From Klebsormidium nitens (Eukaryota > Plantae > Klebsormidiophyceae): a stretch of 64,000 bases of DNA. The stretch is from the NCBI GenBank assembly GCA_000708835.1, contig DF237093.1, positions 103,796 through 167,795 on the forward strand. The letters run 5' to 3'. The notes under the pieces are model-generated. The model ran no database searches, had not been told where the DNA came from, and saw only the letters and a program-made list of their open reading frames with translations. Below, piece after piece: positions 12,501-24,200 of this stretch; positions within the stretch are counted from its first letter, which is position 1; each line of letters opens with the position of its first letter. Both the position numbers and the translations under genes were made by a program.

Positions 12501-14156
12501 CAGAACGCGCCCTCCGTTTCCGTTGGTTCCGTCCAGCAGAACGAAACCGCGCCCTCCGTCTCCTCCCCTCGCAAACAGAACGGCATCGTCCTCCCCGCCC
12601 CGCACTCAGCGCAGCAGTCCCTTTCTGGCAGCGGCCACGTAGCCACCCCCCCGGGGGTCCTTTCTCCGATCCCCGCGGAAGCGACCATTCCCGCGGCGCG
12701 GCGTCGCGTCGGCGTTCCGCACCTCCGCCCCCTCCGGAGCACCGGAACGATCTGCAGCAGCGCGGCCGTGGCCGAGGCGCGGGTCGCCAATGACGCGGCG
12801 CCAGCTGGCGCCGCGCCGGCCGCACCACCGGCGGGCGGCATCCCGTGGCGGCGGTTCTTTGCAAGCCGCGCGTTCTGGGCGATCGCGGGCGCGCACTTTT
12901 GCAGCAACTGGGGGTGGAACGCGTTCATGGCGTGGCTGCCGACCTATTTCACGCAGAAGCTGGGGCTCGATCTTGCGGCGAGCAGCACCATTACGCTGAT
13001 CCCCTGGACCATGGCGTTCCTGGCGGGGAACACGTCGGGCATGCTCGCGGACTGGATGAGCGGCCTGGGCATCCACAAGACCAAGGTGAGGCGCAAAATG
13101 GTGCTGGATTGCCCCGAAAAATCGTTTCTGTGGGTTCACTATCGAGGGCTGTTGGGGCGGACTTTTAAGACATCCGTTGTGTTGCTCAAGGGGGGTAAAC
13201 ACTGATACGAGTCGAACAGTGGCGGAGCGTAGAGTTAAGCTCTTAATCGTAGTTTTGAGGGTCCCCTCGTCCAATGGACTTGTCCTCTCTTCGATGATCC
13301 TCCGTCCGGGTCGGTTGACCAATCATTGTCGCGCATGTGCAAACAGCTTCCAAGAGCAAGCAACTCTCCATGTGCATCCTCAAACGAACCGAAAAGGGCC
13401 TTGCAATCTTGAGATCCCACAGAACTCAGCCTCAACCCCGTGTTCTCCCCCTGCTCAGGTCCGGAAGATCATCCAGTGCGTCGCTTTCCTCGGCCCCGCT
13501 GCGGGCCTGGCGCTCCTGACACGTGTCTCCTCTGCCACCGAGGCGGTGGCCGTCTTCTGCGGAGTGCTGGCGCTGGGCTCGTTCTCGGCCGGGGGCTTCT
13601 GCTCCAACCACTCGGACATCTCCCCGAAGCACTCGGGGACGCTGTACGCGCTGACCAATACCTTTGGCTGCCTGGGAGGTGAGTTTATAGAAAGGTTTGG
13701 TCGGCGTTCGCTGTCTGAGTTGTTTTCATCTACTTCCCCAGGCAACGTTAACGGGCACGCGAGCAGGGATTGAAGCCGCCGAGAACTTTTGGTCTGTGTT
13801 GGTGCCGCGGAGATGATTTGTCAAAATGGTCAGCAGACGGAACGTCCGGTGAGCAGTATAGAAAGTGCCTATCATTTGGGTCTACTTAAAGCGAGAACCT
13901 TTTAGGGGACCCCGTTGTTGGAAGCACGGATCAGGTAACGAATTCCGGACTTGCTGGGTTTCTTCGGTTAGCTAAAGCCTAATCAGCGGCTGATTAGGCA
14001 CTTTCCTTTGCAGGCTCTGCATCCGTGGCTTTGACCGGCGTCCTGCTCGACAAGACCGGGAACTGGAATATTGTGTGGCTTGGGGCCGCACTCATGTACG
14101 TTATTGGCACGCTGTGGTACGTTGCCTTGGGCAGCACCGAGAAAGAGTTCGATTAG
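9560..14156 (+). CDS. PHT4: PHT4/ANTR (SLC17-type MFS) anion/phosphate transporter, probably plastid-targeted, ~864 aa. Exons: 9560-10361, 10603-10682, 10930-11064, 11482-11614, 12004-13085, 13459-13678, 14014-14156
   Basis: Motifs ADKAAMSVA, GSSFFFGF, GFGEGVVVP..TSMLA.YVP.EKRS, HFCSNWGW..FMAWLPTYF, GGFCSNHSDISPKHSG.LYALTNTFG, C-terminal GSTEKEFD. All junctions GT-AG and in phase (2595 nt). Ser/Arg-rich N-terminus suggests a transit peptide (inference). Confidence 0.88.
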
Positions 14157-14393
14157 GGCCCTAGCGACGCGGACCTCGTGTTTCCCTCGGGGGGTGATGA
14201 GAGAGGCGCCGCGGGCCAGATTTTAGGACTGAAAATGGGACCCCCATGTACATGACTGAGCATTTTACAAAGCTGGGGGGGGGAGCGGTAAACATAGGAC
14301 GGTAGGGTGTTTGATACGATGAGAGGAGATCAGGCGGGAGTTTACATAAGCTATCCCGTTGGGGGCCCTACGGATCATGGTGGCAGTACGGAG

Positions 14394-15112
14394 CTACTGA
14401 CAGTGTGCATAAAGAGTATCGACCATTGTAGGACGACTTAGAGAACATTGATCCGCCTTACTTAGTGCTTGACGTGTTTTTGTTTGGACCCTGATCACAT
14501 AGAAAGAGTGGATAAGATCAACTTTGTGCCTTAAAGCTTTGCATAGTGAGCCCGGTGTGGACTTTATAGCAGTCGCAACCAAGCACGCAAATACGAATAA
14601 TTGCAGAAGAACATTCTTTTCCGCCATCATAGTTTCAAACTTACGAAGTGGCCGGCATACAATCGTTAGTCTGACATCATTGCGTTCCGCAATGCATGTT
14701 CGAGTTAGGTAGTGAGAAGGCGGTTAGTTTGCTAAACTGGTCGCAGTTGACCAGTTGGCGGATGAGAGCGCAAGCTTGTGAGATAGACAGGACCCTTAAG
14801 AAGCTGAAGCAGAAGTGAGCCACCATGCCTGCGCACGTTTCCACGATGTATGTTTGCTCAACAACATCTTCAAAGTTGTCCACTTGGTGCATTTAGGGCT
14901 TCCAACAGCGCGGCATAATATGCACTGAGTCCAAATTCTAATGTTGCCGGACGATATTTAACATTCAGGATGAAGGACCTGAGTCTTAGCTGAGTTGTGA
15001 TGCTGCAATTACTGAAGACTGCGCACGCATTTACGTACGTACTATAGACTTCTAGCATGCTAAATGCCATGTACTTCTGTATACGTGCTGCACAAGCGGA
15101 GACGTACTTCAT
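14394..15112 (-). pseudogene. Decayed relic R2 of the helical/MYND-associated family
   Basis: Broken frames including ATLEFGLSAYYAALLEAL (cf. intact SCEFGLQQEFLCGL) and ETCAGMVAH (cf. R3 EIMRSMVAN). Nucleotide similarity to 17.5-18.4 kb. Confidence 0.5.
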
Positions 15113-15434
15113 GCTCCTCAGACAATATCTTCGCCCCTAGCCGGGATCCCCGCTCCGTCCAGTCTTCTCTTGAACGACAATTTTATTAAACACACGAATT
15201 GACAATGCATGTATCCTGACCTGAAAATGAAAGTCCCAAAGCACTGATCCAATCCGTATGTCTACAGCTAACCAGAAAAGGCCGATCTTGTGAACGATTC
15301 GATCTGAAAGTTCACTTCTTCTCTCTAAAGTGGGTCTTAAATGTCGACTTCTAATAGCACCCTAAGGACTGCAAACCTCCGCCAAAGAAGAGAACAGGAT
15401 GAAATGTCGCCGCTTCTATCTGTACATTCTGCAG

Positions 15435-16600
15435 CTATTCGACGACTCTCACTCCTTGCACAAATTTCTCCCACCTGACTATCTCCTCCCCGTCGCAGCC
15501 GCTGAAGCCTAGCTTTTCCAGGTGAGGGCACGCTGCGAAGATCCGCTTGACCTCACCACCGAACCACCGACGGATGTTCTTCGAGACCAGCCCTAATCTT
15601 GGATGTGCTAAGCCAGGAGTGACGTGCATGCAAGTTGTTCGAAGCAATGGGCAGTCTGATGCGGCCAGCAACCGAGGAAAATCCCAGGGCCAGCCGCCCC
15701 GTTTTTTATCCCACTCTTGCAAGGACAAATCCAAATGCGTTAATTTGGATGGCAGGGAAGAGGAGCCAAGGGAACTTAAGAAGATGAGTCTGCTGTTCGG
15801 TTCCTCTGTGCAAAAAGAGCGAGGTGGCATACGTTTGGCGCCCAAAAACCTCGGTTTCTGGCACTGGCTGCGGTCCGAAGCCGTGCGGCCGATCTGCACC
15901 CAGAAGACTTACGGCCTTCTCGAGGCAGACATGTACAATTCAAGCTACACGGTCTGAACTTGGATATGTCGAGCTCCAGCAGTTTGTCGTGCTCTGGTAA
16001 TTTGCAGGGTTCGTGACACTTGTAGACGCTGCCCTCAACTTTCAAGGCGGTTAGATTGGGATATTGCTGACCGACTTTCTGAGGCGTCCCCCCTTGGAAG
16101 CCAAAGCTTACTAAGCTGAGCTTCTTGAGGCTCTCTTTAGAAAAAGAGAGCGCGCTCTCGCAGAAGGAGCCCTCCCAAGTGACGAGGTTGCCGGGGTCAG
16201 AGGCGCAGGCATGAGCAAGCAGACTGCACTTGGTCAAACGAACGCTTGACAGAGATGTCAAGATGGAAATCGTCCCGCTCCAACTTAGAAACCCAGGCTC
16301 GCTCATCACCAGCTCAGAAAGGCCAGGCCGCTTGCTGATCTCCTCCAGCAGGAACTCGTTGAGATGCATTGACAGGCTGCCGTCTTTGGATGCTTCTTTG
16401 ACCGTCTGCTTCTCGATATCCTCCGAAGGCGTCACAACCAGAGTCCTGGTGCATCTTCTGGCAGAGTCACGCAACTCCCTGCTCGTAATCCCAAGCGCTT
16501 GGAAGCTCTCCCCACAATCCCTCCTCACTTTCTCCACAATTATGTCCAGAACCTCTGTGGGAAGTAGGTCAAAAGACGCTCTGAGACCCGCCCTCGCCAT
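15435..16600 (-). CDS. F-box/LRR(RNI)-like protein, copy 1, ~352 aa. Exons: 16600-15913, 15805-15435
   Basis: N-terminal F-box-like FDLLPTEVLDIIVEKV and LRR-like strands (LKKLSLVSF, YPNLTALKVEG, LTHLDLSL, CPHLEKLGF). A 107-nt phase-1 intron c|GTAAGT...GCACAG| lies at the same position as in copy 2 and joins the two ORF-track frames. Confidence 0.78.
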
Positions 16601-16940
16601 TTTCTTGCTCTAAAGTCAACTGTTCGCGGCGCTTTCCCGGCTGGCAGCAACAACTGCGAACTTGATTGTTGCTGCACCGTGATTTTTTCAAGCTTGAGCT
16701 CAACAATGACAACAGCAAATGAGAAGGGAGCGATCAAGAAAGCGCGCTGTGCCCGTCTGCAAAGTCTTGTAACAGAGGATGCGGCTCAGCTTTGGCGGTG
16801 CATTCGTGCCAATCATGCCTTCTACGGGAGACACGAGTGTGGACCTGCATCGAGGTTTTGAGAAGCCGAGTCATCGATTTGTGTGTCCGCTTTGAGTCTT
16901 CTCAAGGGTGACGAACGGAGAGAGTTGGTGCCAGAAACTT

Positions 16941-16958
16941 TGGGCCTGGGCCTGGGCC
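16941..16958. promoter_or_regulatory. Three tandem TGGGCC (site II-like) motifs upstream of F-box copy 1
   Basis: tgggcc x3 seen directly, ~340 nt upstream of the ATG at 16600. Function inferred from the plant site II/TCP consensus TGGGCY. Confidence 0.35.
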
Positions 16959-17171
16959 TGGAAACGAATCAAAGATTCAGTAGAATCGATTCACGGAGCG
17001 CGAATGACACACCAGGTGCAAGCCATAGGATTCACGAGCGACAATCTGAATCAGCCAACAGAACTGTAGTCTTGGACCAACAGAGAAGCTTGGAGTCAGC
17101 TCCGGAGTTTCGATCAGCAACTGCATGCATGCTCGTGTGTTGATGTTCCAGGATTCTGCGACCGACGTGGA

Positions 17172-17478
17172 CCGACGAGAGCTCGTTTTTCCCGGTCGGT
17201 TCCTGAAAAGCTCTCCCACGTTGCAAGCTGCGCCGGTAGCGCACGGCCATTCGCGGGCGCTCGCTTCAGCCAGGATGCGGCCTCCGTTTCCGGTGCGAAG
17301 CAGAACGGAACTGCTCCCTCGGTCTCCTTCCCCGGAAACAGAACGGAATCGTCCTGCAGCAGTCCCTTCCGGCAGCGGCCGCGTCAAAACGCCCCCCGAG
17401 GGTTCTTTCCTCAATCTCCACGGAAGCAGCAGTTCGCGCGCGTTCAATACCACGGCGCAGCGCCACGTTGGCGTTCCG
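17172..17478 (+). pseudogene. Decayed duplicated fragment of PHT4 exon 5 (source 12394-12719)
   Basis: Shared blocks in the same order: ccgacga.gagctcgt, gcaagctgcgcc, cgcttcagccag, cctccgtttcc, aaacagaacgg.atcgtcct, gcagcagtccct, ggcagcggcc, ggcgttccg. Multiple indels. Confidence 0.85.
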
Positions 17479-17489
17479 AACTACAGTAC

Positions 17490-18440
17490 GTGCAAATAAG
17501 GCATGCCCAAAACAAAGTATCCGTGTCAGATATCAACATTGATACAGGCCTGCAGGCCTAAGTATTAAGAGTGCGATACGTGCATATACTTTGGCCTGAC
17601 GTTGCATATCAAGCCCTCCATTCCGTAGCTTACCACGTCGACTCGTTGAACCCGTCACTGCCAGGTGCAGTGGCGTGCTTGCTTCTTGATTCTGTGAAGT
17701 TGCACAGATCGTGCCATGAAAAACCCGACGGCTTCAAAGAGCAACGCATAATCGTGGGCAATGCTGGAAAATGGGTCATCTGGTTTGAAACGCCGCATAT
17801 AGGATGCCCCGGCATCGTAACATGCGGCGATTCTGAGATTCTCTGCATGATCGATGGTCCTGCTTCGGGCCAGATTTGGATATCAAAGCAGTTGCAACCA
17901 GCACGCAACTGAGGAATGTTCGCGAGAGAACATCCTTTCCGCCGGAAGAACGCCGCATGCTTTCGGCTATACAGATACAGCCGATTGAAGTGGCCGGCAC
18001 CTTAATTAAAATCTGACAATCATTGCAGCCGCGATGGATGTAAGTTCCTGTTAGATGCTGAGGTTTAAGTGCGGATTGAAGCGGCAGGGTCCGACAGATT
18101 CTATTTGATCCATGCTAAGCTCGCAGCAACGCCTTGTGGCGCAAATCGAACCTTTTAGTAATATATAGATCGAACCGAGTTAGCCACCATGCTGCGCATG
18201 ATTTCACGAGTGCGCTCACCGTCATTAGCCATGTCAACCACACAATATAGGGGCTCCGCGGCCGCCTTCAGTTAATATCGATATCAGCTTGCGTCGTCTT
18301 CTATCTTGAGTTATGAATGCGTTGTTCCAGATCATTTTTACAATTTGTCTATATAAAAATTCTACAGTCGAACGGGGGATCTTGTTACAGAATACTCGAA
18401 AGAATTTCAAAGAGTGAAGGCAAAGCAAAGCCTCCGACAT
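17490..18440 (-). pseudogene. Decayed relic R3 of the helical/MYND-associated family
   Basis: Broken frames: QIVKMIWNNAF, GALYCVV, ENLRIAACYDAG...VGFFMARS...CTWQ*, EGL/(fs)MQRQAKVYARIAL. These match R1, R5 and R6. Confidence 0.58.
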
Positions 18441-18592
18441 CTTATTTCTCTTATGCGAGCGTCTTGTGAAACTTGTAATATGGTGTTAACGACTGGTAAG
18501 ACTGCCTTCAACTGACCGCACCCTACTGACTGCGTGACATCTCCCCCACAAAAGAAACGAAGTCACATCTTGCTTATTGTTCCATCTGTCAG

Positions 18593-19758
18593 CTACTTGA
18601 CAACTTTCACTCTGCCCGAAGATCTCTCCCACTTGACCATTTCCTCCTCATCGCAGCCGAGAAAACATAGCTCCTCGAGCTGAAGGCAAGCCTTAAAGAT
18701 CCTCTTGACCTCGGCACCAAACCACCGACGAAGATTCTTCGGAACGAGACTCGAATTTGCTACGCCTGGAGTGGCGCGCACCTGGACCTTCCGAAGCACC
18801 GTGCAATCGGATGCGGCCAATATTGGGCACAAAGGATGACTGCCCAAGGCGAAGCTGCGCCCAACCGGCTGCACACACTTCTGCAAGTACACGTCCAAAG
18901 TCTCTAAAGTGCAGGGGAGAGAACGGAGGCCTTCAAGCGGATTTGCGATGAGAATCTCGACGCCAGGTTCCTCTGTGCAATTAGCCGCCACACTGAGGTG
19001 GTGATTCTTGGCGGCCAGATGCCTTGTATGATTGGAGGTGCGGTAAATGGTGTTGTTGGAGGCCTGTTTCCGCTGGTGAACATACGGCTCACTCCAGTTC
19101 CACGCTCCTTGAACCGTTTAAGATTGGAAACATCCAGCTTCAACAACTTGCTGTGCTCTGGTAAATTGCAGGGTTCGAAGATTCTGCCCTCTACTTTCAA
19201 GGCGGCGATATTGGGAAAGATCTGACCAAGCCTTAGGAGCGCTGATCCTTGAAAATCGAAGCTCACTAGCCTGAGCTTCTCGAGGCTTTCTTTGGAACCA
19301 GAGAGCACACGCTTGCAGAAGGAGCCATCCCAGGTGACGAGGTGGCCAGAGCTAGAGGGGCAGGCAGTATGACCCAGAAATGTGCACTTCGTCCAACGAA
19401 CGCTTGACAGAGATGTCAAGACGGAAAACCTTCCGCTCCGGTTTAGAAACCCAGGCTCGCTCATCACCAGTTCAGAAAGGCCAGGCCGCTTGCTGATCTC
19501 CTCCAAGAGGAACTCGTTGAGATGCATTGACAGGCTGCTGTCTTGGGATGCTTCTTGCATAAACCGCTTCTCAACCTCCTTCGAAGGCGTCACAACCAAA
19601 GTCTTGGTGCATCTCCTGGCAGAGTCACGCAGCTCCCTGCTCGTAGCCCCAAGCGCCTGGAAGCTCTCCCCACAACTGCTCCTCACTTTCTCCACGATTG
19701 TGTCCAGAACCTCTGCGGGGAGAAGGTCAAAAGACGATCTAACGCCCTCCCTCGCCAT
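18593..19758 (-). CDS. F-box/LRR(RNI)-like protein, copy 2, ~350 aa. Exons: 19758-19086, 18972-18593
   Basis: FDLLPAEVLDTIVEKV; clear paralog of copy 1; homologous intron c|GTATGT...GCACAG|; 1053 nt in frame. Confidence 0.78.
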
Positions 19759-20122
19759 CTTTTTCTGCTTCAAAGCCAACTTGGCTGCAGCGCGCTGTCG
19801 GACCTCAAGACCGTATTGCTCCAAGCAAATGAGATCGGAGCGAGAGCAGAGCGAGAGCGCGCTTTGCTTGTCTGCCAATTTTTCTAAGACTACAGAATGG
19901 CATGAGGTTCAGCTTTGAGCGGTGCACGAGTGAAACGAAGCTTCCTACAGGAGACAAAATGTTGGAGCTGCGACAAGTCTTTGGAAAAGCTGCGTCAGCT
20001 TGGTGATGACTTTGGCTCTTGATTCCGATTACTCCTAGTAGCTTTCAAATCCTCGAAGGTGACGAAAGTGATGATAGAACCCCGGGATCCTGTGGTCCTG
20101 GATAAATCTCTTGGCCCTAAGA

Positions 20123-20615
20123 CTAGACAGCCTGAAGCAGGTCAATCAAGCACCGCAATGCTTGATCCTCGCGCAGCGGGACGAACGGCCAGGTGCTCGC
20201 TTTTGTCGAGACGAGCGACAATCGCGCGATCTGAAGCGCAGCGAAGCTGGTGACAGTAGACTTGGCAGAGCAAGATGTCATGAACCCAGCTCCCTGAGTT
20301 CGATTACTCCATGCTTGTATTGTCGTCTCGACGTTGCCAAACACGTACATGGGCAGTCGAGTCTCCAAAAATCTTCATACTGATCCTACTTCTAGTCGAT
20401 ATCCATTGAAGTTACCGTGCCCAACATGCAGCCAAAGATTGCTCCAACTCAAGCTGCGGTTGATCTCGACATGCGTCAAGAAAAATCAACCAGATAAGCG
20501 TGTTTTCGAAAGCGGTCTCATCATCAGGAAGCTGTAAGACTACGTCAACCCGCAAATTATGATGGTTTTCCATGATGGGGCACTTCTGTAACCTGCATGC
20601 CAGCATTTGACACAT
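20123..20615 (-). pseudogene. Decayed relic R4 of the helical/MYND-associated family
   Basis: TAFENTLIWLIFLDAC (cf. R1 SAFENELLSLEGMLNAC) and LQIARLSLVS (cf. intact CNIALLRLIS), in different frames. Confidence 0.5.
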
Positions 20616-21258
20616 GCATAAAGGTTTCGCCGGGCCGCATGTGCATCTTCCGACGGCCTGCGCCCGGCCCCGCGCGGCTCTCTTGAAAAATTAATGCGAT
20701 GCGGGTGTGTTCTTGACTACTAGCCTAGGTGCTACTAAAGAAGACGGGACTATGTGCGTTCGAAGATACCCGAAGGTCTTCCAGATTTGTGGAAGACCTT
20801 CGGTTGGAAGCCTACTTTGTCTATTGCGCATGAGGCAGCATATTCGTCGAAGTTTGCACACCGTCGAGAGCAGCGTAGAACCGATAATAGAAACAAACAG
20901 CACTGATCATGCGTCGCTCGGATCCGAAGGTGCAAGAAGGTGTTATCTGGCGCCCTAGTATGACGGCGACGCACTGTTAAGCGCGCACGGCAATCATTCA
21001 TGAGCAACGCACTGCGTTTTCAAAGAGAAGCCTGCGTAACTCATGCATGGTTTGGGAGCTCAGGCGGTAATCAATGCTGGAAGACTACTCGGTGATCGAC
21101 ATGACCATGAGTTCAAAGGATCGTCCTTCGTGCTGCTGGAATGTAGCTGATCTCTATCAAGGGCCGTTATTGTCAGACTTTACATTAAGCAGAAGTCAAA
21201 GCGAGGAAGATCTAAACGAGCGCCTGAACTTAAGGTACAGGCCTGAGTTCTCTTGCAC

Positions 21259-24200
21259 TCAAGAAGGTGGACCGCCCTCTTCAGTCGTGATAGAGAGGGT
21301 GGCGTTTTTTCCACGCGGCCTTCGCACGACTACCTTGATGGTCTCCCCAATGCGTTCGCCTAACGCATCCAGTATCTGCAGGCACAGCAGCATCAGGATC
21401 CTTGATAAATTGCAAACTCCGACAGGTTCAACAAGACTGATCCGGCAACGGCAAAGACTTAACACGATCTTGTAGCTCATCTGCAAAGGCTTCCGATGCC
21501 AGCACCGCAGAATTCCTCAATTCCGCGTCTGTTGACACGGCCCACGGGTGATGTTCTTTAGGTGAGCGCATCACCTCGCTGACTGTGGTGATGCTTTGGC
21601 CGTCGAACTCGACGATGACGTCACCCGGCATGAGGCCTCCCTTCTCTGCAGGTGACCCCGGAATCACCTGAACAGGCGGAAGGCAGATTCAACTTGTTTC
21701 GTCTTTTGAAACCTGCTATCTACCCTGTATGGCATGCTGTTGAGCGTGGAGAATACGATGCAGAATACGACATCTTACAAACCATATGAGAAGCGCAATC
21801 AAGCCTGGCCTTAATGAGGAAGGGCGCTTCAAACCACGTACCCCTAGCAGTGAGACGGAACCCCACAAATGACGTCTCTGTGCATCGGAAAAGGTTCGCC
21901 ACACAGTTTGGCACCAAAAGACATGACCTTTAGCCAATTCGACTCGAATACCTCGTTGCTTCTTTGTTGTCCTGGAGTTGTAAGGCTCCGCTCCAATTGG
22001 CCTCAGGTAAAACCGCTGAAGCTCGTTGTCCAGCAAAGACGAAGAGCTCTTGCAAAGTCTGCTCACTTGGGGAACGAGCACTCCGGCAGACACGTCGGGA
22101 AAGGTGGAGTCCCGCTCTTTCAGCTGGCTGATCACTGCGGCGTTCAACTCCAGCATCTTCATCCCGACGAAGGGCCGCAACACACGCCTGTGCAACGAAG
22201 TATCAATCCGGTTGCACCTTACGCATCGCCCCTAAGCGTCGGTAAGCTTTCTCTCCAATTGTACAAAGCCTGGTCTGCAACGACCCTTATGCCACGGGAT
22301 ATGGCGGTCAGGAAAGAAAGAATCGAAAGAGGTACTATCCAAGGATCCGAAAATTGTGCGGACATTCAGGATCACGTCAGCTTGGATGCCGAACAAGCGT
22401 GGCGCTAGTCAGCGTCACGCAAAGCAAAGCGGAGGCTTCGACGATAGGCATACGTTGATACAAACGGGCCGCCTACTTTCAAAAGCTCCGCATAATGATT
22501 TCCAAAATGTACGACAATAGCTGAGGATTAAAAGCGTTTTCGCAAACGGTGATTATCGTGCCGACGCTAGCTTAACCTCCAAAAAAAAAGATTTCTCATC
22601 TTTGTTCAGGTTGTTTCTTAGTGGGGCTTGCGGCGCGCTCACCCGTGCTTGGCCAGCTGCTCAACAACCTTGCGCGCAGCGTCAATGGGGATGGCGAAGC
22701 TGACCCCGTCCGCTGACAGGGCCTGTGGCGAGCGGACAAGATGACCTCACTTGAGAAAAAGCTTGCGCCAAACAAAACAAAGGAGCCCGACGAGAAGCCG
22801 GATCTGCGGACAGTTGCTATCTGCTGGACGCTTTTCTCAGCGCAACACGAGCACCGTGGTTCGTGTACGTCAAGTCCAATCGAGTCTGCCAAGAAGGTGG
22901 AGGAAACTAGTCGTTTACTTGACGGTCGGAAGCTCAGTAAGCTTTGAGACTCTCACTTACTAAAGATGCTCGCTGATGCTCCCAAAAGTACGACGGATAT
23001 CGAACACCGGCGTTCATTGACCAGTGACAGCATAACAGCTTAAGCAGCGATTGCAAACCCCTTGACAAATTTGGAATCGAAGAAACAAATGAGAATCAAG
23101 GAGCAGGCAACGTGCCTTCATCGTATTGATGCCAATCACTTTCCCATCGAGGTCGACGAGGGGACCTCCGGAGTTGCCCTGCAAAGAAAGTAGATGGCTT
23201 ACGACCTTACACAGAGGAAACCTGCCAGCCTGCAGCCGATACCGGAATCCCAAATGCATACAGAAAGAATGCATGCCAGATGCAAATTTGTTCAAAATTT
23301 GGAGCCACTGATTAAGTACAGACGTTACATTCAATCGTACAGAGGGAAGGTAACAAATTGGGACTAACGGTTCATATCACCGACTCGAACAACCCCATAT
23401 CATACTCCAAAGGACAGCAGCGCCAGCCTTTCAGAAGCAGCCGCGGGAAACAAGGAGCGGGCGTGACTCGATCCATTTGCGGGTCAAAGGGGCTGATTCC
23501 AGGTTTGCCTCACATTCAGCCCTGGAAACTCATCAAGATACCGTAATTGACCATTCAAAAGATTGGGAAATCATCGGTCCAGATTCGCGGACGAGATTGG
23601 TACGGACGGCCGACCTGATTGATGGCGGCATCCGTTTGGATGTAGTTCGTCCGGCCGCCAAGCACGCCCAGCTCGCTGCTCTTGCGCTGCGTGCAACTGG
23701 GAACACGTGACAGATGACGTCAGCAAGTGAAAACGAAAACCAGCGCCACCTGCCAACGAACTTCAAGAATTGCGTTCGAGGCCTGCAATACAGCGGCTTC
23801 GTTAGACCCTAGCTACTAAGTCCGAATTTCGTGGCCAAAAACGACGTTTGAAATGAGTCTTGCTGAAACTCCGTAGCGATGATGATAATGGAGCAAAGCA
23901 TTAGGCTCAGAGGCGCCCTTCTTTTTTGAGCAAAGCCCATCGGCTCCTCAGGGAGACCCCTGACCAGAAAGGTTTGATTGCGTAGGCTTCGGAGAATGTC
24001 GAATTGGTTGAAAGACTCACCTAACGATCCCGCACGTTACTGTGTTCATCAGATGGAAAGGACTGCCCAGGGCCACCTGAACAAGGAAACAAAGCCGTCG
24101 CGACAACGGAAACCTTTTCCGCTGCTTCGAGGATGCCATTTGTAACGCTCTTGAGCGTGTTCCCTTTTGTTCGCTTTTCGCATCCAACGGGGTTGCTTGG

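Larger units (their letters stand above)
12394..19900. repeat. Old tandem segmental duplication. Unit 1 ~12394-17170, unit 2 ~17172-19900, with an internal deletion in unit 2
   Basis: Co-linear similarity in three blocks: PHT4 exon-5 piece (12394-12719 vs 17172-17478); relic region (gaagtggccggca and agccaccatg shared between 14.6-14.8 kb and 18.0-18.2 kb); F-box genes (15435-16600 vs 18593-19758). Outer boundaries approximate. Confidence 0.7.

Noticed and set aside
19759-19878. 40-aa N-terminal extension of F-box copy 2 in the ORF track
   Set aside because: Begins at TTG and has no counterpart in copy 1; the ATG at 19758 aligns with copy 1's ATG.
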